A DNA stretch of 64,000 nt from an uncultured Clostridia bacterium (GTDB taxonomy: Bacteria > Bacillota > Clostridia > Oscillospirales > Acutalibacteraceae). The notes under the pieces were generated by a model. That model was not told the DNA's origin. It worked only from the letters and a program-made list of their open reading frames with translations, and searched no databases. Positions within the stretch are counted from its first letter, which is position 1; every line of letters starts with the position of its first letter. Shown one piece after another: positions 34,133-42,702 of the stretch. The stretch is from NCBI GenBank assembly GCA_946185345.1, contig CAMHJC010000001.1, positions 486-64,485 on the forward strand, written 5' to 3'. The position numbers and the translations under genes are program-made.

Positions 34133-35488
34133 TCAGTCGGCCAAAGCCGCCTGCATCATGATGGCACATTCCAGACGCTTTTTTTCCATCTCGCAGTAGA
34201 GACTGTAGGGCTCCAGAATGTCGCCGTTCTTTTCGTTGTTGATGGCGTTGCAGCCGCCGCTGCAATAGAATCTTGCCCAGCAGTCACGGCACTTTTTCTT
34301 GTTGTAGATAGTGGTGCGGGCGAATTTCTTTTTGATGTCGGTGTTGAAGGTGCCGTCATTGAGATTGCCCATCTTCCACTCGTCGTGACCCACAAACTGG
34401 TGGCAGGGGAAGATATCTCCCTGAGGGGTAATGGCGACGTATTCATTGCCGCAGCTGCATCCTCTCAGACGGCGGATGGCGCAGGGGCCTTGATTCAAGT
34501 CTATCATAAAGTGGAAGAAGTTGATCTTCTCCCCCGCCTTCTTCATCTCAATGAGCTTCTGCGCGAGCGTCTCGTACTCCTCGAATATCCTCGGCAGGTC
34601 GGACTCCTGAATGGAGAAATCCAGCTTGGGATCCGAAACGACAGGCTCCTCCGAGAGCTGATCGAATCCCTGCTCGTAGAGATACATGATGTCGTTTGTA
34701 AAGTCGAGATTGTAGCGTGTGTAGGTGGCCCTGGCATAATAGTCCTTGTCGCCCCGCTGCGCCACCAGTTTCCTGAATTTGGGCAGGATCCGGTCGTGGC
34801 AGCCCTTGCCGCCCCAGTCGAGACGAAGCCGGTCGTTGACTTCCTTGCGGCCGTCAATGGAAAGCACGCAGTTGTGCATTTCACGGTTGATGAAGTCGAT
34901 CTTGTCGTCGTCGAGCAGCAGTCCGTTGGTGGTGATGGTGAAGCGGAAATTCTTGCCGAATTCAGCCTCCTTGGAACGAGCGTACTCTACTGTTTTTTTG
35001 ACCACTTCAAAATTCATCAGCGGTTCTCCGCCGAAGAAATCCACTTCCAGATTGCGTCTGCCCACCGATTTGTCGATGAGGAAGTCAATGGCCTTGCGGG
35101 CAATCTCCTCGCTCATCAGGCAGCGTTCGCCGCCGAATCCTCCCTTGCTCGCAAAGCAGTATTCGCAGGCGAGATTGCAGTCGTGGCTGATGTTGAGACA
35201 CATCGACTTGACCGAAGCGTTGATCATCATATCGGCGAATTTCTCATAATCGTCCGCGGCGTGAAGCTGGCCCATGTCAAAGATTTCGTAAAGCTCGGCG
35301 TAAGCCGAATCGATTTCCTCACGGCTGTAATCGCCGAGCGCTTCATACGCTTCGGCAGGAGTCTGAGCGGTCATATTTTCGTCTGTGAAATCGACCAGTC
35401 TGTATGTGAGATCGTCCACAACATGCACCGCTCCGCTGTACACGTCAAGTATGATGTTGTAGCCGCCTAAACTGTATTTATGTATCAT
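34133..35488 (-). CDS. scfB: Radical SAM/SPASM thioether-forming SCIFF peptide maturase
   Basis: CNLACEYCFA (CxxxCxxC) cluster. SPASM motifs are CAIRRLRGCSCG and CRDCWARFYCSGGC. N-terminus is MIHKYSLGGYNIILDVYSGAVHVVD. ATG 35488 is preferred; the track ORF extends to 35653 across a terminator-like hairpin. Confidence 0.85.
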   Translation of the reverse strand: MIHKYSLGGYNIILDVYSGAVHVVDDLTYRLVDFTDENMTAQTPAEAYEALGDYSREEIDSAYAELYEIFDMGQLHAADDYEKFADMMINASVKSMCLNISHDCNLACEYCFASKGGFGGERCLMSEEIARKAIDFLIDKSVGRRNLEVDFFGGEPLMNFEVVKKTVEYARSKEAEFGKNFRFTITTNGLLLDDDKIDFINREMHNCVLSIDGRKEVNDRLRLDWGGKGCHDRILPKFRKLVAQRGDKDYYARATYTRYNLDFTNDIMYLYEQGFDQLSEEPVVSDPKLDFSIQESDLPRIFEEYETLAQKLIEMKKAGEKINFFHFMIDLNQGPCAIRRLRGCSCGNEYVAITPQGDIFPCHQFVGHDEWKMGNLNDGTFNTDIKKKFARTTIYNKKKCRDCWARFYCSGGCNAINNEKNGDILEPYSLYCEMEKKRLECAIMMQAALAD

Positions 35489-35564
35489 TTGGCAAATATC
35501 CTTCCGTCGGGATAAAATAACGGATTTCCGTCGGTCTTTCACGGTTCCGTTACTTAAAAATTTT

Positions 35565-35608
35565 AAATAAAAGAGTACAAAGCCGCCGGACCTTTCTGAT
35601 CCGGCAGC
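35565..35608 (-). terminator. Intra-operon attenuator/terminator between SCIFF precursor and maturase
   Basis: Minus-strand RNA GCUGCCGGA-UCAGAAAGG-UCCGGCGGC (one G-U pair) is followed by UUUGUACUCUUUUAUUU. Confidence 0.6.
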
Positions 35609-35670
35609 CTTGTAAAACACTGCGCACAAATTCGCAAAAAATCTGTGCCGCACAGAAATTACGTCAAAAA

Positions 35671-35811
35671 TTACTTCTCACACTTCTGATTTGCCACTGT
35701 GCAGGAAGTTTTGCATGCGGACTGGCAGGAAGCCTGGCACTCGCCGCAGCCGCCTTTGACAGCGCTTTCCTTCAGATTGGCCTTGTTGAGAGTCTTGATG
35801 TGCTTTTCCAT
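35671..35811 (-). CDS. scfA: SCIFF (six cysteines in forty-five) RiPP precursor peptide
   Basis: 46-aa ORF below the track cutoff: MEKHIKTLNKANLKESAVKGGCGECQASCQSACKTSCTVANQKCEK. It has six Cys and RBS GGAGG. It lies directly upstream of the radical SAM maturase. Confidence 0.9.
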   Translation of the reverse strand: MEKHIKTLNKANLKESAVKGGCGECQASCQSACKTSCTVANQKCEK

Positions 35812-35844
35812 GGTTTAACCTCCAATCGTATAACGAATAAAGAT

Positions 35845-35873
35845 ATTATAACAAATATTTTTTTATATTTCAA
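35845..35873 (-). promoter_or_regulatory. Sigma-A type promoter of the SCIFF operon
   Basis: On the minus strand, TTGAAA (35873-35868), a 17-nt spacer, then TATAAT (35850-35845). Confidence 0.65.
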
Positions 35874-35985
35874 CCTATAAATGCATAAATTTACACATCA
35901 CATTTTTTGGTCTTTTATACAACTTCATTACTGAAAGTATTGAAAAACCGAATTGACGGCCTGCCGGGCTTTTCCTTCTCCGGAC

Positions 35986-36435
35986 TCAGTGCGAATACTT
36001 CCTGCGCGGCCTGACACGATTGGAGCCGAGCCAGCCGCCGCATCCTCCCGCAAGCAGAAGGAGTACCAGCTTGACGGCCACCAGAAGGCTGAAGGCGTCC
36101 TCGTCCATGGCAATGCCGATGATCCACGCACCGACGAACACTGCCAATCCTATGGCAAGGCCGTAGAACAGGCCTCTTTCACGGGAAATCGACCCGCAGA
36201 TGTATCCGCCCGCAAAGCAGCCCAGCATAAGCGCCACCACCGACAGCGGAATGACCGCCGATGAAACGATGGACTTCATCACGACAAACACCAGCGCAAA
36301 AATCATCACAAATGCCATCGCAACCACCAGCGCCGCCGTCAGTCCGATCAGAAATGGTTTGGCGATTCTGATCGCCGGATTCCGGCCGCCGCAGGATCTG
36401 GAATACCTGAGTTTTCTCGATTTTACATGTGTCAT
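35986..36435 (-). CDS. Small polytopic membrane protein (TIGR04086-like, commonly next to yajC in Clostridia)
   Basis: ATG 36435 follows GGAGGT. About 4 TM helices. Gly-rich ICGSISRERGLFYGLAIG motif. Confidence 0.6.
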   Translation of the reverse strand: MTHVKSRKLRYSRSCGGRNPAIRIAKPFLIGLTAALVVAMAFVMIFALVFVVMKSIVSSAVIPLSVVALMLGCFAGGYICGSISRERGLFYGLAIGLAVFVGAWIIGIAMDEDAFSLLVAVKLVLLLLAGGCGGWLGSNRVRPRRKYSH

Positions 36436-36538
36436 AAAAAATACCTCCCGGCTCTCTGAGCAATTTACTGGTAAATAAATACTCAAAGATCCGGGAGAAT
36501 ATGCCTATGTTCTGCTTTGTGAAAAAGACAAAAAGCGA

Positions 36539-36922
36539 TTACTTCTTGAGGAAGCCGAAAAGGCCCTTCTTTTCCTTGGCGTTATCCTTCTTATCCTCGG
36601 TCTTAGGCGCTGTGCGGCGTGTCTCGTTGCTGCCGATAGCCCACTTCTTGATCTTGACCTTGTTGCGGTCGGCACCGGTTTCAATGACGATGTCGTCATC
36701 CTTGATGCTGACCACTCTGCCGATGATGCCGCCAATGGTCACGATGGTGTCGCCGACTTCAAGTGTGTTTCTCATTTCCTCTTCCTTTTTCTTCTGCTTG
36801 GACTGAGGTCTGATGAGAATGAAGTAGAATACAGCAATGATAACGCCGTAGAGAAGTATCATGGTGATCATGCTGCCCGAATTGTTGCCGCCTGCGCCTG
36901 CGCTGAATCCTATAAGGTTCAT
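36539..36922 (-). CDS. yajC: Preprotein translocase subunit YajC
   Basis: TM followed by FYFILIRPQSKQKKKEEEM...LEVGDTIVTIGGIIGRVVSI, the signature YajC layout. Confidence 0.85.
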   Translation of the reverse strand: MNLIGFSAGAGGNNSGSMITMILLYGVIIAVFYFILIRPQSKQKKKEEEMRNTLEVGDTIVTIGGIIGRVVSIKDDDIVIETGADRNKVKIKKWAIGSNETRRTAPKTEDKKDNAKEKKGLFGFLKK

Positions 36923-37043
36923 ATTGAATTACCTCCAAAAGAAAAAATATAAATCATTATATCAATTAAAATACAAAAGTGCAAGTCAATTTTTGAATAA
37001 ACAAGCCATAAATGTAAATATTCCGTAAACGCACCGCCCGATA

Positions 37044-38174
37044 TTACAGCCGTCTGCCCAGAATTTCTCTCTGTTCACGGTAGAATTCCTCAAAACGTCC
37101 TTCGCTGAGCGCCTGACGGATTTTTTCCATAAGGGTGTTGTAAAAATACAGATTGTGCATCACGGTGAGCCGCATGGCAAGCATTTCGCCGCTCTTGATG
37201 AGGTGGTGAATATACGCCCTCGAATGTCTGCGACAGGTCGGACAGTCGCAGGCTTCGTCCAGCGGACGTTCATCCAGACGGTACTTGGCGTTGTTCATAT
37301 TGATGACGCCCCGGGAAGTGAAGATATGTCCGTGCCGTGCGTTCCGGGACGGCATGACGCAGTCGAACAGGTCAACTCCTCTATAAACCGCCTCCAGAAT
37401 ATTCACCGGCGTGCCGACGCCCATAAGATATCTCGGCTTGTCCTTTGGCATGAACGGCTCCACCGTCTCAATGATGTCATACATCACCTCCGCCGGTTCG
37501 CCGACGGCCAGGCCGCCGATTGCGTAGCCGTTCAGGTCAAGTCCGGCTATTGCCTTCATGTTGTCGATGCGGATATCCTTGTAAGTGCCGCCCTGATTGA
37601 TGCCGAAGAGCATCTGGCTTTTGTTGATGGTGGTTTCAAGCGAATTGAGCCGCTCCATCTCCGCCCGGCAGCGCTTCAGCCAGCGGATGGTGCGGTCGGA
37701 GCTTTGTTTGACATACTCGTAGGGCGAAGGATTCTCCACGCACTCGTCGAACGCCATGGCGATGGTCGAGGCGAGATTCGACTGAATCCGCATACTTTCC
37801 TCCGGTCCCATGAAGATTCTGTGTCCGTCGATATGGGAGCGGAAATGGACGCCTTCCTCGGTGATCTTTCGCAGCTGCGAAAGCGAAAACACCTGGAATC
37901 CTCCGCTGTCGGTGAGAATCGGCCCGTCCCAGCCGGTGAATTTGTGCAATCCTCCCAGCGTGTGGACGTTTTCATCACCCGGTCGCAGGTGAAGATGGTA
38001 GGTATTGCAGAGCTGCACCTGACAGCGCAGCTCCTTCAGGTCGTAGGCCGACACGGCGCCCCGGATGGCGCCCGTGGTGGCGACATTCATAAACGCCGGC
38101 ATATGCACCGTGCCGTGAACCGTCTCAAAATCGCCCAGCCGGGCGTGTCCTTCCTGTTTGATGAGTTTGTACAT
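37044..38174 (-). CDS. tgt: Queuine tRNA-ribosyltransferase (tRNA-guanine transglycosylase)
   Basis: NTYHLHLRPG, ILTDSGGFQVFSL, and Zn site CDCPTCRRHSRAYIHHL. Confidence 0.95.
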   Translation of the reverse strand: MYKLIKQEGHARLGDFETVHGTVHMPAFMNVATTGAIRGAVSAYDLKELRCQVQLCNTYHLHLRPGDENVHTLGGLHKFTGWDGPILTDSGGFQVFSLSQLRKITEEGVHFRSHIDGHRIFMGPEESMRIQSNLASTIAMAFDECVENPSPYEYVKQSSDRTIRWLKRCRAEMERLNSLETTINKSQMLFGINQGGTYKDIRIDNMKAIAGLDLNGYAIGGLAVGEPAEVMYDIIETVEPFMPKDKPRYLMGVGTPVNILEAVYRGVDLFDCVMPSRNARHGHIFTSRGVINMNNAKYRLDERPLDEACDCPTCRRHSRAYIHHLIKSGEMLAMRLTVMHNLYFYNTLMEKIRQALSEGRFEEFYREQREILGRRL

Positions 38175-38256
38175 AGATTAATAGCAAACCTTTCCTGTAG
38201 TTATTCTTTTCCTCCGTCAATATTTCTCCTGATTCTTCCGAATACTTCCTCATGTG

Positions 38257-38406
38257 TCATTGTCTCATCTGTATTTCTTGCAATCTCAGGACAAGCATCG
38301 TTCCATATCCGTTCTCTGTCAGATAAACAGGATGGCCGCTTTGAACTGTATTCTCTATCTCGGAAAAATAGTCCCTTAAATCTGTTACGGGTCGGATCCC
38401 AATCAT
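38257..38406 (-). CDS. Phd/YefM-like antitoxin, short or frameshifted, orphan
   Basis: Below the track cutoff. Sequence is MIGIRPVTDLRDYFSEIENTVQSGHPVYLTENGYGTMLVLRLQEIQMRQ. A second frame continues ...PEIARNTDETMTHEEVFGRIRRNIDGGKE, a typical antitoxin C-terminus. No toxin gene follows. Confidence 0.5.
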   Translation of the reverse strand: MIGIRPVTDLRDYFSEIENTVQSGHPVYLTENGYGTMLVLRLQEIQMRQ

Positions 38407-38498
38407 TCTTCTTCCTCCAACGCTTTCGGGTTACAGCCCCTTTTTATCGCTATCTTAAAATCCTTCTTGAACTGACCGATAAATTCTATACTAAGCAT
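38403..38498 (-). pseudogene. Truncated YafQ/RelE-family toxin stub (31 aa)
   Basis: MLSIEFIGQFKKDFKIAIKRGCNPKALEEEE matches only the N-terminus of YafQ-type toxins. The start overlaps the DinJ-like stop, and the stop overlaps the next ATG (ATGA). Confidence 0.55.
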
Positions 38499-38757
38499 TG
38501 AGTGCCTCCATCAGTTCCTCCACACTGTCAAAAGTTCCGTAAAGGTCTTCCCACTTTTCAGCTGCATCCATTGCAGCTGAAGTTGCTTCATTCGGTGACT
38601 GACGTGTGATTTCAAAAGGCATGGCGTGTTCCCAGATCGCCTGACGGAAGAATATAGTGACTGCTGTGGATAAATCCATTCCCAATTCCGCGAAAAGCTC
38701 CTGCGCCTGCCGCTTGGTCTCCGCGTCTATGCTGATGTTGGCTGTTGTTTTCGCCAT
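38491..38757 (-). CDS. RelB/DinJ-family antitoxin
   Basis: MAKTTANISIDAETKRQAQELFAELGMDLSTAVTIFFRQ is a ribbon-helix-helix DinJ signature. Confidence 0.8.
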   Translation of the reverse strand: MAKTTANISIDAETKRQAQELFAELGMDLSTAVTIFFRQAIWEHAMPFEITRQSPNEATSAAMDAAEKWEDLYGTFDSVEELMEALNA

Positions 38758-38844
38758 AATGATAACCTCCTGTCTTTTTCTATCATTATATATGATTCAC
38801 CTGAAATTGTCAATCATTATGCGCATGTTATGAATATATTATAA

Positions 38845-39870
38845 TTATAAAATGGCCATTGCATCGCCGAAGGAAAAGAATCTGTATCTTTCCTCGACGG
38901 CGACCCTGTAGGCGTTCATCACATTGTCAAAGCCGGCGAAGGCTGACACCAGCATGATGAGAGTGCTCTCCGGCAGGTGGAAATTGGTGATCAGTCCGTC
39001 AATCACCTTGAATTCATAGCCCGGATAAATGAATATCTGCGTCCAGCCATCGTCCGGCTGAATCTTTCCGTCTGTCACGGGGCAGGATTCCAGCGTGCGG
39101 CAGCTGGTGGTGCCGACCGAAATGACCCTTCCGCCCTGCGAATGGGTTTCGTTGATGAGGTCGGCTGTCTCCTTCGGCAGACAGTAATGCTCGGAATGCA
39201 TCACATGGTTGTTCACGTCGTCCACCTTGACCGGACGGAAGGTGCCGAGTCCGACGTGCAGGGTGACAGTGCCGATTTTGACACCTTTGGCACGGATTGC
39301 GTCAAGCAGTTCATTGGTGAAGTGCAGTCCGGCGGTCGGAGCGGCGGCGGAGCCGAGTTCACGGGAATAGACCGTCTGGTAGCGCTCCCTGTCCTCCAGC
39401 TTTTCGGTGATGTAAGGCGGCAGCGGCATCTGTCCGATTCGGTCGAGCACCGAGAAGAATTCGTCCTCACATTCAAAGCGCACGATCCGGTTGCCGTCCT
39501 CCAGCACTTCGACGACTTCGCCTGCCATCAGGCCTTCGCCGAATACAAACCGTGTGCCGACCCTGGCACGTTTGCCCGGCTTGGTCAGACATTCCCACAC
39601 CTTCTGCTCCTTCTGGGTCAGCAGCAGGAATTCGTTGACCGAATCGCCGCCCTCCTTCACGCCGAATATCCTCGCCGGAAGCACCCGGGAATCGTTGACG
39701 ATCAGGCAGTCGCCGGGATGCAGGCAATCAATGACGTCGCGGAATATTTTATGTTGCAGCGCTCCGCTCTGTCTGTCCATGACCATCAAGCGGGAGGAAT
39801 CCCTCGGTTCCACCGGATGCTGGGCAATCAGTTCCTGCGGAAGGTCGTAATAAAAATCGGAAGTTTTCAT
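38845..39870 (-). CDS. queA: S-adenosylmethionine:tRNA ribosyltransferase-isomerase
   Basis: N-terminus is [30 protein letters not shown]. Full-length QueA-like sequence. Confidence 0.95.
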   Translation of the reverse strand: MKTSDFYYDLPQELIAQHPVEPRDSSRLMVMDRQSGALQHKIFRDVIDCLHPGDCLIVNDSRVLPARIFGVKEGGDSVNEFLLLTQKEQKVWECLTKPGKRARVGTRFVFGEGLMAGEVVEVLEDGNRIVRFECEDEFFSVLDRIGQMPLPPYITEKLEDRERYQTVYSRELGSAAAPTAGLHFTNELLDAIRAKGVKIGTVTLHVGLGTFRPVKVDDVNNHVMHSEHYCLPKETADLINETHSQGGRVISVGTTSCRTLESCPVTDGKIQPDDGWTQIFIYPGYEFKVIDGLITNFHLPESTLIMLVSAFAGFDNVMNAYRVAVEERYRFFSFGDAMAIL

Positions 39871-39975
39871 CTTGTTTCATTCATCCTTTTTTGTTCAAAT
39901 TTGTGCGCACAGTCACTAAACCGGCGGCATATTATAGGTAAAAATAAGCAAAATCGGCGATTTGCCGCAAAGCCC

Positions 39976-40003
39976 TTGACATTTGGCGATTATGCGTTAT
40001 AAT
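39976..40003 (+). promoter_or_regulatory. Sigma-A type promoter upstream of the lysine riboswitch
   Basis: TTGACA (39976-39981), a 16-nt spacer, then TATAAT (39998-40003). Confidence 0.65.
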
Positions 40004-40029
40004 AATCCTAAAGACGATAAAATAAACAG

Positions 40030-40330
40030 AATTTCTGATAGAGGTGCGGCATTCAAAAGAGTATCTCCGGCCGAGGCAGCCATTGCCGTCGGCAGGCCGG
40101 TGGGAAAGGTTGTGCCGCCGAAGGGCTTGTCCGTGTATGGCAGGGCATGCGCCTGGGTGTGCGGTCAACAGCCGTACAACTGTCATCATGCGTGATGGAG
40201 TGCTACTCAGATAATATTGCCGTTCGACCGGCGGAAAGACACATTTCAAACGAAGTCTGCACCGCTTTCCGGCAGCGGTTAATATTATAACGCATGGATG
40301 ACCGGTTATCAACCGGTTTTTTGTTTTTTT
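40030..40330 (+). promoter_or_regulatory. Lysine (L-box) riboswitch with terminator expression platform
   Basis: P1 is TCTGA (40034-40038) with TCAGA (40207-40211). Conserved AGAGGTGCG (40040-40048), GCCGAAGGG and TGGAGTGCTAC. Terminator ACCGGTT-ATC-AACCGGT plus a T-run is at 40301-40330. It lies upstream of asd. Confidence 0.8.
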
Positions 40331-40381
40331 GTTTTATTTGTCAACAATATATCATTTATTCTTTTTGGAGGTCTGTAAATT

Positions 40382-41464
40382 ATGAAACAGTCTTACAACG
40401 TAGGTATTATCGGAGCCACAGGCATGGTTGGTCAGAGATTTGCCACTCTGCTGTCCAATCATCCCTGGTTCAAAGTGACCGCTCTCGCAGCCAGCGCACG
40501 CTCTGCGGGTAAAACATACAAAGAAGCGGTCGGCTCCCGCTGGAAGCTGTCCACTCCCATGCCGGCGGAGATGGAGGACATGATCATTCTCGACGCTGAC
40601 GCAGACATCGAAAAGATCACCGCTGCCGTTGACTTCGTTTTCTGCGCGGTCGATATGAAAAAAGACGAGATCCGCGCTCTGGAAGAAAAATACGCCAGGC
40701 ACGAATGTCCCGTTATGTCCAATAACAGCGCACACCGCTTCACCGAGGACGTTCCCATGATCATCCCCGAAATCAACGCAGACCATTCCCAGATCATCGA
40801 AGCGCAGCGCAAGCGCCTCGGCACCAAGCGCGGCTTTATCTCGGTCAAATCCAACTGCTCCATCCAAAGCTATGTTCCTGCGCTCACTCCCCTGCTCGAG
40901 TACGGCGTTCAGGACGTGCTCGCCTGCACCTACCAGGCCATCTCCGGCGCCGGCAAGAATTTTGAGACATGGCCTGAAATGATCGACAACCTCATTCCCT
41001 TCATCGGCGGCGAGGAAGAGAAGTCCGAAAAAGAGCCCCTCAAGGTCTGGGGCCAATATGAGGACGGCAAAATTACGCTGCGTGACGATATCCGCATCAC
41101 CACACAGTGCCTGAGAGTGCCTGTTTCCGACGGTCACACGGCTGCGGTCTTCGTGCGCTTCAAGAACAAGCCCACCATCGAGGAAATCAAGGCAAAATGG
41201 GCGGCCTTCTCCGGCGAACCCCAGAAGCTCGGCCTTCCCAGCGCCCCCAAGCAGTTCATTCACTACTTCGAGGAGGACAACAGACCGCAGGCCAAGCTCG
41301 ACCGCAATCTGGAAGGCGGCATGGCTGTCAGCTGCGGACGCCTTCGTGAAGACACTCAGTACGACTACAAATTCGTCTGCCTTTCCCACAACACCCTCCG
41401 CGGCGCTGCCGGAGGCGCTGTCCTCATGGCGGAACTCCTCTGCGCACAGGGATGGCTGGACTGA
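40382..41464 (+). CDS. asd: Aspartate-semialdehyde dehydrogenase
   Basis: GATGMVGQRF NAD motif; SNCSI active-site Cys. Full length, 360 aa. Confidence 0.95.
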   Translation: MKQSYNVGIIGATGMVGQRFATLLSNHPWFKVTALAASARSAGKTYKEAVGSRWKLSTPMPAEMEDMIILDADADIEKITAAVDFVFCAVDMKKDEIRALEEKYARHECPVMSNNSAHRFTEDVPMIIPEINADHSQIIEAQRKRLGTKRGFISVKSNCSIQSYVPALTPLLEYGVQDVLACTYQAISGAGKNFETWPEMIDNLIPFIGGEEEKSEKEPLKVWGQYEDGKITLRDDIRITTQCLRVPVSDGHTAAVFVRFKNKPTIEEIKAKWAAFSGEPQKLGLPSAPKQFIHYFEEDNRPQAKLDRNLEGGMAVSCGRLREDTQYDYKFVCLSHNTLRGAAGGAVLMAELLCAQGWLD

Positions 41465-41466
41465 AC

Positions 41467-41560
41467 GCGCAGCGGAGCTGCGCTTAGAGAATAGAGAATA
41501 GAGAATAGATAATAGATACTAGTTTCGGAGCGCTTCGCGCTGGAATATATATTTTTTATT
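41467..41560 (+). repeat. Heptamer-array + GC-hairpin intergenic module (copy A)
   Basis: Hairpin GCGCAGC-GGA-GCTGCGC (41467-41483). Heptamers TAGAGAA x3, TAGATAA and TAGATAC (41485-41522). Then TTTCGG-AGCGC-TTC-GCGCT-GGAATATA. Confidence 0.8.
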
Positions 41561-41643
41561 CGGTACGCTATTTCTTATTTGGAATACAATAGTTAATATA
41601 GGGCTTTTACAAATTACATTCAAAATGAAAGAAGGACTGTCGC

Positions 41644-42531
41644 TTGAAGAACACAATTTTTACCGGTTCCGGCGTTGCCATCGTCACTCCTATGAACGAG
41701 GACGGCTCCGTTAACTATGAAGCTTACGCCGATCTGATTGATTTCCAGATCGAAAACAAGACCGACGCCATCATCACCTGCGGCACCACAGGTGAATCCT
41801 CCACTCTCAGCGATGACGAGCACTGCGAGGTCATCCGATTCGCCATCGAGCAGACCGCCGGCAGAGTTCCGGTTATCGCCGGAACAGGCAGCAACGACAC
41901 CAAGTACGCCATCGAGCTTTCCAAGGCCGCCGAGGAAATGGGTGCGGACGGCCTGCTGCTGGTCACTCCCTACTACAACAAGACTTCTCAGCGGGGGTTG
42001 GTCGCCCACTTCGGCATGATCGCCGAGAGCGTCAAGACGCCTATCATTCTCTACTCCGTCCAGAGCAGAACCGGCGTCAATATCGCTCCCGAAACCGCCT
42101 ATGAGCTTTCCAAGTACGATACCATCGCCGCCATCAAGGAGGCCAGCGGCAACATCTCGCAGGTTGCCAAAATCAGAGCCATGTGCGGCGACAATCTCGA
42201 TGTCTACTCCGGCAACGACGATCAGATCGTTCCGCTGCTTTCACTCGGCGGCAAGGGTGTGATTTCCGTTCTCGCCAATGTCGCTCCCGAAGTCGCCCAC
42301 AACATCTGCCAGTATTACTTTGACGGCAAGGTCGCCGAAAGCGCCGCTCTCCAGCTTGAATACCTCGACCTCTGCAACGACCTCTTTATCGATGTCAATC
42401 CCATTCCCGTCAAGGAAGCCCTCAATATGATGGGCATGAACGCCGGTCCCTGCCGTATGCCTCTCTACGAAATGACCGAAGCCGCCAAGGATAAGCTCGC
42501 CGCCACTCTCGCAAGACACGGACTTTTATGA
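41644..42531 (+). CDS. dapA: 4-hydroxy-tetrahydrodipicolinate synthase
   Basis: TTG start. GTTGES motif; full-length DapA-like sequence. Confidence 0.95.
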   Translation: MKNTIFTGSGVAIVTPMNEDGSVNYEAYADLIDFQIENKTDAIITCGTTGESSTLSDDEHCEVIRFAIEQTAGRVPVIAGTGSNDTKYAIELSKAAEEMGADGLLLVTPYYNKTSQRGLVAHFGMIAESVKTPIILYSVQSRTGVNIAPETAYELSKYDTIAAIKEASGNISQVAKIRAMCGDNLDVYSGNDDQIVPLLSLGGKGVISVLANVAPEVAHNICQYYFDGKVAESAALQLEYLDLCNDLFIDVNPIPVKEALNMMGMNAGPCRMPLYEMTEAAKDKLAATLARHGLL

Positions 42532-42544
42532 CGCTCGCCTGGGT

Positions 42545-42630
42545 AAAAAACGTTCGCTTAGAGAATAGATAATAGATAATAAAGAATAGATAATAGTTTC
42601 GGAAGCCCTTCGGGCTTGAAAAGTAATATT
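42545..42630 (+). repeat. Heptamer-array + GC-hairpin intergenic module (copy B)
   Basis: CGTTCGCT, then TAGAGAA/TAGATAA/TAGATAA/TAAAGAA/TAGATAA (42559-42596), then TTTCGG-AAGCCC-TTC-GGGCTT-GAAAAGTA. It aligns with copy A over about 65 nt. Confidence 0.8.
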
Positions 42631-42702
42631 TCCACATGCTTTCGGTTGTAATTCCGGCCGGAAGCATGTGTTGTAATTGGGATAAATGGAGCTGAGTGAA
42701 AA

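Noticed and set aside
34112-35470. 452-aa plus-strand ORF antisense to the radical SAM maturase. The same applies to 37155-38501 (antisense tgt), 38977-40002 (antisense queA), 40352-41389 (antisense asd), 48558-49859 (antisense Big_2 gene), 55724-56701 (antisense rsmA) and 15723-16820 (antisense FHA gene)
   Set aside because: In every case the other strand carries a well-recognised conserved protein with an RBS. The antisense ORFs show no motifs and are typical of GC3-biased genes.
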